64,000 nt of DNA from Patescibacteria group bacterium (GTDB lineage: Bacteria > Patescibacteriota > Patescibacteriia > JAXHNJ01): assembly GCA_034520665.1 (NCBI GenBank), contig JAXHNJ010000001.1, positions 386,579 through 450,578 on the forward strand. The letters are read 5' to 3'. The position numbers and the translations under genes are program-made. Positions within the stretch are counted from its first letter, which is position 1, and each line of letters opens with the position of its first letter. The notes under the pieces are model-generated. The model was not told where the DNA came from and did no database searches. It worked only from the letters and a program-made list of their open reading frames with translations. Shown here piece by piece: positions 40,515 to 50,448 of the stretch.

Positions 40515-41357
40515 ATGCTAAATATTATGATTAATGGTAAAAAAATAATAATGTCAGACGATTATGGCTTTTGTTTTGGAGTTAAACGAGCTATAAGGGA
40601 GTTAAAAAAAACAAAAGGCCAAGCCTATACTCTAGGCCCAGTTATACACAATCCTCAAGTTGTCGATTACTTTAAGAAAAAGGGCATCAGACCTATTGAC
40701 AGACTTTCTAAAAAAATAAAACCAGGCAAACTTTTTATAAGAGCTCATGGAGTATCAGATCAAAAAAAAGAACAAGCAAAAAAAATGGGGTTTGAGATAT
40801 TTGATCTAACCTGTCCTTTTGTAAAAAAGGCTCAAATATTAGCTAAAAAACTAGAAAAACAAGGCTATCAAGTGGTTATTTTAGGCTTAAAAAACCACCC
40901 GGAAACTAAGGCTATAGCTGAAAATTTAAAAAATCCCATTATTTTACAAAATCATAAATGCTCATCCTTAAACAAAAATAAAATTGGTGTCATCTGCCAA
41001 ACAACTTCTAATATAAAAAATACTAAAAAAATATTAAATAAAATAAAAAAAACCGCTCAAGAGGTAAAAATTTATAATACAATCTGCCAAGCAACAAAAA
41101 AAAGGCAAAAAGCAGCCCATAAAATGGCCAGGCAATCAGATATAGTTATAGTTATCGGGGGTCGTTATTCCTCAAACACAAAGAAACTAAAACAGGTTTG
41201 CCAGGAGTATGGGCCCACCTACCATATTGAAACAGAAAAAGAATTAAAGAAAAAATGGTTTAAAAATAAAAAAACCATCGGTATTACCGCTGGGGCCTCT
41301 ACGCCGGACTGGATAATTAATAAAGTAGTTAAAAAGATAAAAGAAATTAATTCCTAA
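40515..41357 (+). CDS. ispH: 4-hydroxy-3-methylbut-2-enyl diphosphate reductase (IspH/LytB)
   Basis: GFCFGVKRAI first Cys motif and three-repeat IspH architecture. The real start is probably the later Met at ~40551 (MSDDYGFCFGV). A TTGACC ... TATGCT promoter-like pair lies at ~40489-40517. Confidence 0.8.
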   Translation: MLNIMINGKKIIMSDDYGFCFGVKRAIRELKKTKGQAYTLGPVIHNPQVVDYFKKKGIRPIDRLSKKIKPGKLFIRAHGVSDQKKEQAKKMGFEIFDLTCPFVKKAQILAKKLEKQGYQVVILGLKNHPETKAIAENLKNPIILQNHKCSSLNKNKIGVICQTTSNIKNTKKILNKIKKTAQEVKIYNTICQATKKRQKAAHKMARQSDIVIVIGGRYSSNTKKLKQVCQEYGPTYHIETEKELKKKWFKNKKTIGITAGASTPDWIINKVVKKIKEINS

Positions 41358-41365
41358 AAAAAGGA

Positions 41366-43159
41366 TTACTCCAAGACAGCTTTTATTCTCCTTACGCCTT
41401 TGGAGGATGATTTTTCGGATTTTATTTTAAAATGGCCTATCTCTGAGGTTTTCTTGACATGCGGACCAGCACAAATTTCCTTGGAAAAATCACCTACTTT
41501 ATAAACCTTTACTAGATCAGGATATTTTTCTTTGAAAAACGATAAAGCATCAGATTTAACCGCTTTTTCATAAGGCATTTCTTCGCAGGTTACTTTTAAA
41601 TCTTTTTCTATAATTTCATTTACCTTATCTTCCACTTCTTTTTTTTCTTGTTCAGTCATTTTTTGGGAATGCGAAAAATCAAATCTCAGTCTCTCCGGTT
41701 TTAAGTCTGAGCCCATCTGCTTAACATGGTCACCTAAGACTTCTCTTAAGGCCTGATGTAGTAAATGAGTAGCTGTATGCTGTTTAGTCACTTTTTCACC
41801 CAAGTCCCCCACGCCACCAAATTTTTTTTCGGCCCCAGCTCGGGATATTTTTTTGTGGGCCTCAACCATTTTTCCAAATTCTTTCTCATTAAATTGATAA
41901 CCCTTTTTCCTGATTAAGTTTGGGCTTAGACCATAAGTAGAATAAAGCTGAAAGGCTTCTTGAGCCGTTATTTTACGAGATGAGGGCTTTTTCTTTTCCG
42001 AAGATTTTTTTTTGTTTTTACCCATCTTTTTAAATACTTTTTCCACTTCTGTTTTTAAGATTTTATCATAAGTTTTGGTTTCATCACGTAAAAGAGTTAA
42101 AATATTCTCCTTTTTTTCCTTAAGACGAGGATAGTAAGGATTATATATCTCTATAACTTTTTCAACTAAGATTTCTAGAGAAAAATTAGTGCCTTCAAAC
42201 TGATCAATTAACCGCCTGAAAATACGGCGCAGAATATATCCTTCTTCTTTGTTCGAAAACTGAACGCCGTCAGCTATTAGAAAAACACAGGCCTTAATAT
42301 GATCAGCAATTATTCTTAAACTCTTGACTTTCTCAATTTCACTTTGTAACTTTTCAATTTGAGGATCTTTTTTAGCTTCTTCTATTATAGGTCTAAAAAG
42401 ATCAGTTTGAAAAACTGATGATTTTTTTTGCATTATCATAAGCAAACGTTCTAAACCCATACCCGTATCAATATTCTTAGTCGGTAAATCTTTAAACTTA
42501 CCTTGAGCGTCTTTGAGGTATTGAGTAAATACTAAATTCCATATTTCAACAAATCGTCCGCATTCACAATTGGGCTGACAATCTTTGCCTCTTGAGCAAG
42601 ATTGCCCGGTCAAATCGTAATGAATTTCTGAGCTTGGCCCACAAGGTCCGGTTTTACCCGGCGGCCCCCACCAGTTTTCTTTTCGACCAAATTCACTTAT
42701 TTTATCTTGATTAAGATAATTTTGCCATATTTTTATAGCTTCAAAATCTTTAACCACTTCATCATCACCTTTAAACACCGTGGCGTAGAGTCTTTTTTTA
42801 TTTAATTTCAGTTCTTTAACCAGAAATTCAAAAGCGTATTTTATAGCTTCTTCTTTGAAATATCCACCAATGGAAAAATTACCCATCATTTCAAAAAAAG
42901 TGAGGTGACTGGCATCTCCAACTGAATCAATATCAGAGGTACGAAAACATTTTTGGATACTGGTTAAATTTCTGTTTTTAAAATCTTTTTTAACTGACAA
43001 TTCTCCTAAATAATAGGGTTTAAATGGCTGCATACCAGCCGTAGTTAAGAGCACTGAGGAATCATTAGCTGGAATAAGTGAAGAACTGGCCATATGAGTA
43101 TGCTTTAATTTATTACCAAAATAATTTATAAACTTTTCGCGTATTTTTTTTGATTTCAT
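41366..43159 (-). CDS. alaS: alanyl-tRNA synthetase, short form lacking the C-terminal C-Ala domain
   Basis: Class II AlaS N-terminus (FINYFGNK...HTH...SSLIP) and editing-domain HxxxH (HTATHLLHQAL) with a CxxxH motif near the end. Only 597 aa. Confidence 0.85.
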   Translation of the reverse strand: MKSKKIREKFINYFGNKLKHTHMASSSLIPANDSSVLLTTAGMQPFKPYYLGELSVKKDFKNRNLTSIQKCFRTSDIDSVGDASHLTFFEMMGNFSIGGYFKEEAIKYAFEFLVKELKLNKKRLYATVFKGDDEVVKDFEAIKIWQNYLNQDKISEFGRKENWWGPPGKTGPCGPSSEIHYDLTGQSCSRGKDCQPNCECGRFVEIWNLVFTQYLKDAQGKFKDLPTKNIDTGMGLERLLMIMQKKSSVFQTDLFRPIIEEAKKDPQIEKLQSEIEKVKSLRIIADHIKACVFLIADGVQFSNKEEGYILRRIFRRLIDQFEGTNFSLEILVEKVIEIYNPYYPRLKEKKENILTLLRDETKTYDKILKTEVEKVFKKMGKNKKKSSEKKKPSSRKITAQEAFQLYSTYGLSPNLIRKKGYQFNEKEFGKMVEAHKKISRAGAEKKFGGVGDLGEKVTKQHTATHLLHQALREVLGDHVKQMGSDLKPERLRFDFSHSQKMTEQEKKEVEDKVNEIIEKDLKVTCEEMPYEKAVKSDALSFFKEKYPDLVKVYKVGDFSKEICAGPHVKKTSEIGHFKIKSEKSSSKGVRRIKAVLE

Positions 43160-43567
43160 TATTTGTTATTTTAACTATAAATAAAAAAATTTTCAAGGGT
43201 TAGGAAATAATTTAAATTAGCTTTAATAAGACTAGATATTACTAATTAGAATTAAGCAATACAAATACTATTTTCTAATAAACTATTATATGGTATAATA
43301 AATTTACTAAAATATATATTAATTCAGCCAGTTTTTTATAGATAGAATTTTATAAAACAGCAAAGATAGTGAAATTTAATAAGATTTTGAGTAAAATACT
43401 ACATACTCAACATTTATTGATAGTATAATTATAATCAGTGGTTTTTATATGGCTCAAAGCAAAAAAGATTACATGGTTAATTTCTTATTTTTACCAGTAG
43501 CAGTATTTTTATGTTGAATATTTTAAATCAAAATAATTAGTAAATTTAAAATATTAAAAATAAAATT

Positions 43568-45082
43568 ATGAATAAAAATAATTCGCGATTATTAAAATTA
43601 TTTTTTCTTGTTACTTTGTGTTTATTAATCACTTTATTTAATTTTCAGGAAGCTAAAGCTTTTGTTTTTGGCAGTTATCAAAACATTAGAAAATTTAATA
43701 ATCTTATTGACACTCCTGCTTCTTACAATAGCGGCCGTTTGCTCTTTGAAGATTCAGATTCAGTGACTGACAGCGCTAATTTATTTTGGGATAATTCTAA
43801 TCAATATTTAAGTGTGGGGGGAGCTAGCGCGAGTAATACATTAGACATACATGGCGGTATTGATTCTGATACTTTAAATACTGGCCAGGGTGATTATGAG
43901 CTTTATGCTATGAATCAAGATGTAGAAACTACTGATAATGTAACTTTTAATGACTTAACTATTTCATCTCCTTTAAATATTTATGCCTTATCGCATAATA
44001 GTTTTACTGGATTACCTGGATTACAGGGTGGCACGACTAACGAATATTATCATCTAACTAGTGCTGAATATAGTGGTTATAATAATACTAATTGGGATAA
44101 CGCTTATGACCATTCCCAAGATAACACACAAGCTCATTCAGATTATTTATTAAACACAGGAGACACAGCAACCGGAGATTATACTTTTGATACAAACACT
44201 TTTCACATTGACGCAACAAATAATAAAGTGGGAGTGGGCACAACCAGCCCAGCAGCAAGTTTACACGTAGTTAAAAGTGGGGGAACAGCAACAGATTCTA
44301 TTATTACAGTTGAGTCTACAAGTTCTTTAATTAACCCTCAAATTCGGTTTATTAATGATGAAGATGTTACAGCTCAATTTATTATGTCTCGTTCACCTTC
44401 TTCTACAGCCGGACAATTTATGATTCGTCAGCAAAGTAGTTCAGATGATATTGTTTTTGAAGTTGGCTCAAACTTAGAAGTTGCAAGATTTACAAATAAT
44501 ATGGTAGGTATAGGAACAAGCAGTCCAAGTTATGTTTTAGATGTTAAAGGTCGGAAAAGTATTGGCTCAGCTACTATTACTGGCTCTGGTTTAGATGATA
44601 TGAGCACAAGTGGAACGTTCACTGGCTCAGCAACTACTAATTATCGTGTGCAAATAGATGGTCTGGGCGACCCATTTTTGAAAACTCCAGATACTTTCAA
44701 ATGGTCAGATGATGGTGGCTCAACTTGGGATGCAACAACAGTAGATATTACTGGCTCAACTCAATCATTAAATAATGGAGTAAGAATAACTTTTGGAGCA
44801 ACCACTGGTCATGATTTAGGAGATTACTGGGATTTTACTGCAACTGTTATAGACCCTTTTTCAGTCCAAAGTGCAAGTGGGACAAATTTGTTTCATGTAG
44901 GGAATGATGGAGCAGTAACAAGAAGAGAACTATCGGCAGACCCTTCAGACCCAGATGAAGGAAGCCATGTTATTTGGCAAAGTGATGGAACTGGAACAGG
45001 AGATGATGGAGATATTATGATGAAAATAACTGCCGGTGGAACAACAAAAACTACTACACTAGTAGATTTTAGTGCAATATAA
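43568..45082 (+). CDS. secreted protein with three copies of a tail-fibre-like (V/I)G(V/I)GT(T/S)SP...L(H/D)V motif
   Basis: Signal peptide LLITLFNFQEAKA. The three motif copies are SVGGASASNTLDIHG, KVGVGTTSPAASLHVV and MVGIGTSSPSYVLDVKG. Composition is T/S/D/G-rich and G+C is higher than in neighbouring genes. Confidence 0.6.
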   Translation: MNKNNSRLLKLFFLVTLCLLITLFNFQEAKAFVFGSYQNIRKFNNLIDTPASYNSGRLLFEDSDSVTDSANLFWDNSNQYLSVGGASASNTLDIHGGIDSDTLNTGQGDYELYAMNQDVETTDNVTFNDLTISSPLNIYALSHNSFTGLPGLQGGTTNEYYHLTSAEYSGYNNTNWDNAYDHSQDNTQAHSDYLLNTGDTATGDYTFDTNTFHIDATNNKVGVGTTSPAASLHVVKSGGTATDSIITVESTSSLINPQIRFINDEDVTAQFIMSRSPSSTAGQFMIRQQSSSDDIVFEVGSNLEVARFTNNMVGIGTSSPSYVLDVKGRKSIGSATITGSGLDDMSTSGTFTGSATTNYRVQIDGLGDPFLKTPDTFKWSDDGGSTWDATTVDITGSTQSLNNGVRITFGATTGHDLGDYWDFTATVIDPFSVQSASGTNLFHVGNDGAVTRRELSADPSDPDEGSHVIWQSDGTGTGDDGDIMMKITAGGTTKTTTLVDFSAI

Positions 45083-45247
45083 AATGAAAACCCATTGGAG
45101 AACCGACTAAATACTCAAATCTAATAAGAATAGATGTTAATGCTCCAGCAGTCAGCAGCCGGAGCTGCCACCGGTGAATTATGGGCTGATAGCGATGATG
45201 CTTATACGGTTAAATTAGGCCAATAATTATTAAATAATACTTCTAAA

Positions 45248-48200
45248 ATGATAAAAAAAGTCAAAACAAAGTTTATATTATTCTTAGTCTTTTCCATATT
45301 TTTTTATTTATTAAAAATCCCTTCTATTTCTGCTATTCCTTCGGCTTACCAGAGATGTGAAACAAATAGCAGCTGCACTATTGGCGAATATGTTTTTGAA
45401 GATGATGGTCACACACCGATTATTACTGATAATTTCTGCCAAATTACCATTACCAACCCGAGTGACGGGGTTGAGGTCAATGCGGCTAATATGAGTGATA
45501 AAGATGATGGTTGGTATTATTATTCTGTTTCCGGCCTTACAGCAAAGGGTTTATACAGGGCTTTAATCTGTTGTGATGTGAGTGGTACTGATGAGCAATG
45601 TATCGACAAATCCTTCATAGTTGGAACTTCGCTTGATAACCTAAGAAAAGGTACTTTTGATTTTAATGGCCAGGCTGATTCTGGTACTACCACCACTCTA
45701 GTTGACGCTGAATTAATCCAGCCTGATGACTTTTGGAATGATTACAGTCTTATTATGATCTCAGGCAGCAATATTGGTCAAGAAAAAACTGTTTCTGATT
45801 TTGTTTCCAGCACTGACACCATAACTGTTTCTTCAGCTTTTTCTAATGCTGTTAGTGCTGGCGACGAATATATTTTAAAACACGAAACCAGTTTAATAAA
45901 AAACATTTGGACCTGGACTTCTGATACAGCTTCATTTTTTGCTAGTGCGGCTGGTGAAATATGGAGTTATACTGGGGCTTCCTTAGATACGACCGGCAAT
46001 GCTATAGCTAAGGTTTGGTCCTATGCTACCAGAACATTAACTGGCAATGACAACTTTAATGACCCCACTTCAGCTCAAATAGCCAGTGATGTCTGGTCTG
46101 AAGCCAGCCGAACTTTGACCGATTACAGTAATGATTTAAGTGCTAGTGATGTCTGGTCTTACGCCACACGCCAATTAACTTCCCGGTATACTAATGAAAA
46201 CACGCCAGTGGATCTAGCTCAAGTAGCTAATGTTTCTTTTTTAGCTACTTCGGCTGAACTTTCCACTACTGAAACTAATTTAACTAGTGAAATTGACGCT
46301 AATGAAACATTAATTAATAATCTTAATGATATTAGTGCTTCAGACGTTTGGTCTTACGCTAATCGCACCATTACTGACCCGGATAATATTTGGGAATACG
46401 CCTTAACACAAATCGGAGATACTGGCTCAATTGGAGAATTACTAAAAGATAATATTAACGCTACTATTTCTTCTCGGTCCTCGCATAGTGCTTCTGATGT
46501 CTGGAGCGTGGCCACCAGAACATTAACTGGCAATGACAACTTTAATGACCCCACTTCAGCTCAAATAGCCAGTGATGTCTGGTCTGAAGCCAGCCGAACT
46601 TTGACTGATTATGGTAATGATATTACTGCTTTAGATGTTTGGAATGTTTTAAGCTCTACTCTAACTACTACTGATAGTATTGGTGAACAATTAAGTGATA
46701 ATATAGATACTACTATTTCTAGCCGGGCCAGCCAAACCTCTCTAGATTCTGCCCAAACAGATATTACTTATATCCGCTCAGAAATTGACTCTGTCTATAC
46801 AGACACCCAACATATTAGCACTACTGTAGATAATATACTTTCCAATTGGTCCTCTTATACAGCTTCAGATATTATTGATGATTTAGATGGTATTAAAAAT
46901 TTAATTGGTGCTTCTACAGATTCCTCCGCTACAGAAACAATATTCGGTCGGGCCAAATACATTCAGGAAAAATGGGGCAACCAGACTGCTGAAAATATTT
47001 ACAACACATCTAATTCGACTCTAACTACTATAAATAGTGTACAAACTGAACTGGGTTATAATGGACTCTCCTCAACAGCTAAATCCGACCTTCAAAACAT
47101 TAAAACTTATACTGATAATTTAGAAACTTACCTTGGTTCACCTTCAGATAATTCTTCAACTGATTCCTTGTTCGGCAAAGTAGCCGCTGTAAAAACTAAG
47201 CTAGATCAACTTGACACTTTAGAAAGTAAGCTCAATACAGTAGAGACAGTGGTTGATGCCTTAAGCAGCTCTAGTTCAACAATTAGCGGCGAAATAAGTA
47301 TAGATGAAACTGACCCCATTTATACTTTGCTTAATAATATCAGCCGTGATATTCAAGTTATTGCCGGTGATCAAGGATATAATTTAGATAATCTTTATAA
47401 TATATCCCAGGAAAATTCGACCGATCTGACCTATCTTAGTAATAAAACAGCTGATTTAAAAACAGTTATTGATATTAATAAAAATCTAATAACTAAAATT
47501 ATAAATGAACCAGTTATTAAAACCTGGTATACTGAAGGATCAATTATTCTGAATATTCTAGTTATTAATCCGCCGGATACTGAAAGAACAGTTACTATTA
47601 AAGAATACTTACCTGAAGAAATTAGGGAAGAACATATCATAGAATTACCCAAAGAGTTAGAGCTTAATTATGACGCTGATCTGGATAAATATTATGTAAC
47701 AGCTGAAGTTAGATTGAAAGCCAACGAAAGAATAATCTTTAAAGTTAAAGCTGAAGATATTTATAAAATTTCTGATGATAAAGTTAATAATTTAAGAAAT
47801 CAGGCTAAAAGCCTGATGGAACCCCTTAAAAATACTAATTATTTTGCCCAGGCTTCACTTTTAAAATCAGAGATTGACGTTAATCTTGATACTGTTGTCA
47901 GAAATCAAGAAAAAAAACTTAGCAATGTCTTAAGAAAAATTTCACTGTTTAGGGAATGTCAAAAAAATCTTCAAAAAGTTGAGTTAAATTTAGAATCTCT
48001 AAAAACGCTTAATTCCGAAGTGAGCAGTCAACAGGGTATTTTAGGCAATTTACTCGGTGTTTCAACAACTATGACCTGGGCTATTATTATAATGCTGGTT
48101 GTCGGCATAGCTGTTCTTATGATTTTGCTTTATGTTTTACTGGCAAAACAACGGGCTATGGAACATCATATATCCGGTGGGGAAAAATTAAAAGCACCGC

Positions 48201-48379
48201 CTCTAGTTGATGTGAGAAAACACGCTACTCGCATTAAAGGTGGTCTTATTACTTATTTTTTGCCTCCTTTTGGTAAACCAGTGGTTGAATTGGGCCGGTT
48301 AATTAGTCTAATTAAAATTCTGCTAACAGTAGGTTTCTTGATAATTTTATTATTTTTAGTAATATATTTTTATTTCTAA
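45248..48379 (+). CDS. large (1043 aa) surface protein: signal peptide, S/T/D/N-rich repetitive ectodomain, two C-terminal TM helices
   Basis: Signal peptide FSIFFYLLKIPSISA. About 8 copies of an SDVWSYAxRTLT-type motif. C-terminal hydrophobic helices AIIIMLVVGIAVLMILLYVLLA and ILLTVGFLIILLFLVIYFYF. Confidence 0.6.
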   Translation: MIKKVKTKFILFLVFSIFFYLLKIPSISAIPSAYQRCETNSSCTIGEYVFEDDGHTPIITDNFCQITITNPSDGVEVNAANMSDKDDGWYYYSVSGLTAKGLYRALICCDVSGTDEQCIDKSFIVGTSLDNLRKGTFDFNGQADSGTTTTLVDAELIQPDDFWNDYSLIMISGSNIGQEKTVSDFVSSTDTITVSSAFSNAVSAGDEYILKHETSLIKNIWTWTSDTASFFASAAGEIWSYTGASLDTTGNAIAKVWSYATRTLTGNDNFNDPTSAQIASDVWSEASRTLTDYSNDLSASDVWSYATRQLTSRYTNENTPVDLAQVANVSFLATSAELSTTETNLTSEIDANETLINNLNDISASDVWSYANRTITDPDNIWEYALTQIGDTGSIGELLKDNINATISSRSSHSASDVWSVATRTLTGNDNFNDPTSAQIASDVWSEASRTLTDYGNDITALDVWNVLSSTLTTTDSIGEQLSDNIDTTISSRASQTSLDSAQTDITYIRSEIDSVYTDTQHISTTVDNILSNWSSYTASDIIDDLDGIKNLIGASTDSSATETIFGRAKYIQEKWGNQTAENIYNTSNSTLTTINSVQTELGYNGLSSTAKSDLQNIKTYTDNLETYLGSPSDNSSTDSLFGKVAAVKTKLDQLDTLESKLNTVETVVDALSSSSSTISGEISIDETDPIYTLLNNISRDIQVIAGDQGYNLDNLYNISQENSTDLTYLSNKTADLKTVIDINKNLITKIINEPVIKTWYTEGSIILNILVINPPDTERTVTIKEYLPEEIREEHIIELPKELELNYDADLDKYYVTAEVRLKANERIIFKVKAEDIYKISDDKVNNLRNQAKSLMEPLKNTNYFAQASLLKSEIDVNLDTVVRNQEKKLSNVLRKISLFRECQKNLQKVELNLESLKTLNSEVSSQQGILGNLLGVSTTMTWAIIIMLVVGIAVLMILLYVLLAKQRAMEHHISGGEKLKAPPLVDVRKHATRIKGGLITYFLPPFGKPVVELGRLISLIKILLTVGFLIILLFLVIYFYF
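46028..46125. repeat. 98-nt direct repeat, copy 1 (1 mismatch versus copy 2), inside the 1043-aa surface-protein gene
   Basis: accagaacattaactggcaatgacaactttaatgaccccacttcagctcaaatagccagtgatgtctggtctgaagccagccgaactttgac is identical at 46028-46119 and 46514-46605. Confidence 0.85.
46514..46611. repeat. 98-nt direct repeat, copy 2
   Basis: Partner of 46028-46125; it encodes the second TRTLTGNDNFNDPTSAQIASDVWSEASRTLTDY block. Confidence 0.85.
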
Positions 48380-48519
48380 ATTATTATAATTATGCCGATA
48401 GAATCAAATTCGTATTCGGATAATATTAAAATATTTTTCATAATTATTAGTTCTTTTTTTTTACCTCTGGCAAGCAACCAAAAGCATTAAATGCTTATCT
48501 AAGGCTTATCCGCTTAAGT

Positions 48520-48552
48520 AAAGACTATCTTTTAGTCTCCGCTATTTTTTTA
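48520..48552 (+). terminator. putative bidirectional intrinsic terminator between the surface-protein gene and mnmA
   Basis: Hairpin agactatcttttagtct followed by ttttttt on the plus strand. An upstream aagcattaaatgctt hairpin is also present. Confidence 0.4.
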
Positions 48553-49570
48553 TTATACCACCGCCGATTAGAAAATTATTCTTATAAATAGCCACTGATT
48601 GCCCCGGAGTTAAAGCCCTTTGACTTTTTTTGAACTGAATAATGTATTTCCCTTTATTTTTTTTAAAATTGGCTAGACTACCCCGATGACGGTAACGCGG
48701 TTTAGCAACTACACTAGTTGGTAGGTTTATTTTTTTTATAATATTAACTAATTTCAAATTAACTCTTTTTTGTAAAAGATCCGATTTATCTCTGGTTACA
48801 AATATAATATTTTTCTTAACATTCTTATCAACTACATACCAGGGACCGCCGGATAGTCCCAGTCCAGTCCTCTGTCCCAAGGTGTAAAGAAAAACCCCCT
48901 GATGATCACCTAAAAATTCTCTACTACCTTTCTCCAAAATTTTTCCTTTTTTAGTTTTAATTTTATTTTTTAAAAATTCATTTAAAAAGCCCGGCACAAA
49001 ACATATTTCTTGAGATGATTTATAATCTTTTGAAATAAACTTTTGTTTTTTCGCTATTTTTGAAACCCTTTTCGATTTAACCTTACCTAAAGGGAAAAGA
49101 CAGTTTTTTATAAACTGGGGTTTTAAACGCCATAAAAAATATGATTGATCTTTTTCTTTATCGTGGGCCTTTTTTAGGTAGAATTTATTTTTAATTTTTG
49201 CTCTTTGTACGTAATGACCCGTAGCAATAAAGTCAGCTTTCATTTCTTTAGCTTTTCTATAAAATAAGCCAAATTTAATCAAGTGGTTACAAACAATACA
49301 GGGATTAGGCGTTAATCCCAGTTTATACTGCTTAACAAAATCCTGAATTACTCTTTTTTTGAACTCTTTTTTAAAATCCCAGACCATAAAAGGAATCTGT
49401 AATTTTTTGGCTGTTTTTTTAGCTCTAACTAATTTAATTTTTTCTTGTCCTTTAAAAAGTTTAAAAAATACCGCCGTTACTTCATAACCAGATTTTCTTA
49501 ATAAATACCCGGCCACGGCTGAGTCACGGCCGCCGGAAAGAGCAAGAAAAACTTTTTTTCTTTTTTTCAT
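48542..49570 (-). CDS. mnmA: tRNA-specific 2-thiouridylase MnmA
   Basis: PP-loop ALSGGRDSAV, conserved Cys residues and a C-terminal beta-barrel region. Confidence 0.9.
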   Translation of the reverse strand: MKKRKKVFLALSGGRDSAVAGYLLRKSGYEVTAVFFKLFKGQEKIKLVRAKKTAKKLQIPFMVWDFKKEFKKRVIQDFVKQYKLGLTPNPCIVCNHLIKFGLFYRKAKEMKADFIATGHYVQRAKIKNKFYLKKAHDKEKDQSYFLWRLKPQFIKNCLFPLGKVKSKRVSKIAKKQKFISKDYKSSQEICFVPGFLNEFLKNKIKTKKGKILEKGSREFLGDHQGVFLYTLGQRTGLGLSGGPWYVVDKNVKKNIIFVTRDKSDLLQKRVNLKLVNIIKKINLPTSVVAKPRYRHRGSLANFKKNKGKYIIQFKKSQRALTPGQSVAIYKNNFLIGGGIIKK

Positions 49571-49642
49571 AAATCAATTATAACCTGATAAAATTAAAAA
49601 GACAAAAAAAGAGGGAAACTGCCTTGGCAGTTTCCCAAAAGA

Positions 49643-50050
49643 TTACACAGCTAAAAGAAGATGAGCGTGAAATTTTTCAGCCGGAGTCTTTCTAGGCGCC
49701 TCAAAAAAATAATTTCCTTCACGGCGCAAAATTCCATAAAGTACTCTACCACCAGCCAATTGACAGCGGAAAAACGGCTTATTCTTAAACTCTCTTTTAA
49801 GCAAGGAATAATTTAAGAGATTCGTGTTCATAGATTCCTGGCCAGGCAAACACAATACCATAACAGCCGCGACTTTATCCCCATCTTTGGTCAGGGCCCC
49901 TTCTAATTGATCTGCTTGCGCGCAGAAATAAACTGAATGTCCTTGATCCTCTATTTTATCTATCACCTCCTTTTTAAACATCTCGTTCATTTGCTTTTCT
50001 TCCTTATTTTTCCCCGCCATAGTAATGACAATAATGGCCTTTTTTGTCAT
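49643..50050 (-). CDS. hypothetical protein
   Basis: 135-aa ORF in coding-like context with no recognisable motif. Confidence 0.4.
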   Translation of the reverse strand: MTKKAIIVITMAGKNKEEKQMNEMFKKEVIDKIEDQGHSVYFCAQADQLEGALTKDGDKVAAVMVLCLPGQESMNTNLLNYSLLKREFKNKPFFRCQLAGGRVLYGILRREGNYFFEAPRKTPAEKFHAHLLLAV

Positions 50051-50237
50051 TCACATCACCTCTTTTTCTGCTAGTCTTAAAATTAAAAAGAACTGGTATA
50101 AACATAAAGATAAGACATTCAGATATTTTGTCAAAGGGGCTTTTTCCACAACCAATTTTTAACTAATATTAGTTAATAAAAAATAATTTCTTTTTGATTA
50201 TTTCTTTTTTGGTTAAATATAAATAAAGCAATAGAAC

Positions 50238-50271
50238 AAAAAGAAAAAGGGCTTCTCAAAAAGAGAAGCCC
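50238..50271 (-). terminator. intrinsic terminator (9-bp perfect stem GGGCTTCTC/GAGAAGCCC, AAAAA loop, T-run on the minus strand)
   Basis: gggcttctcaaaaagagaagccc, directly downstream of the small ORF 50278-50448; on the minus strand it is followed by ctttttctttttg. Confidence 0.6.
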
Positions 50272-50277
50272 ATTGAA

Positions 50278-50448
50278 TTACTTCGGAAGTAATGAAGTAA
50301 GATTTAACACACCATAGAGAAAAGCACCGAGTCCGGCAAACAATATCAAAGCATCCATGAACATAAAGTTCATTTTCTTTGAAGCGGGCATTAAGACAAA
50401 TAAAACGAGAAATGCGCCGAGACCAGTAGCTAGAAAATAATTAAGCAT
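50278..50448 (-). CDS. small (56 aa) hydrophobic protein with internally duplicated motif (TGLGAFLVLFVLM / AGLGAFLYGVLNL); absent from the ORF track
   Basis: Reverse-complement translation MLNYFLATGLGAFLVLFVLMPASKKMNFMFMDALILFAGLGAFLYGVLNLTSLLPK. A strong terminator follows immediately. Confidence 0.35.
   Translation of the reverse strand: MLNYFLATGLGAFLVLFVLMPASKKMNFMFMDALILFAGLGAFLYGVLNLTSLLPK

Noticed and set aside
45129-45222. 30-aa GC-rich small ORF (MLMLQQSAAGAATGELWADSDDAYTVKLGQ) between the two surface-protein genes
   Set aside because: It has no RBS, no conservation cue, and lies in the short intergenic linker. It is more likely the 3' UTR/spacer of the upstream gene.
45248-48379. 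Repetitive region considered as a CRISPR array
   Set aside because: The repeats are in-frame coding repeats of unequal length and divergence inside one long ORF. There are no short uniform repeat-spacer units and no cas genes.
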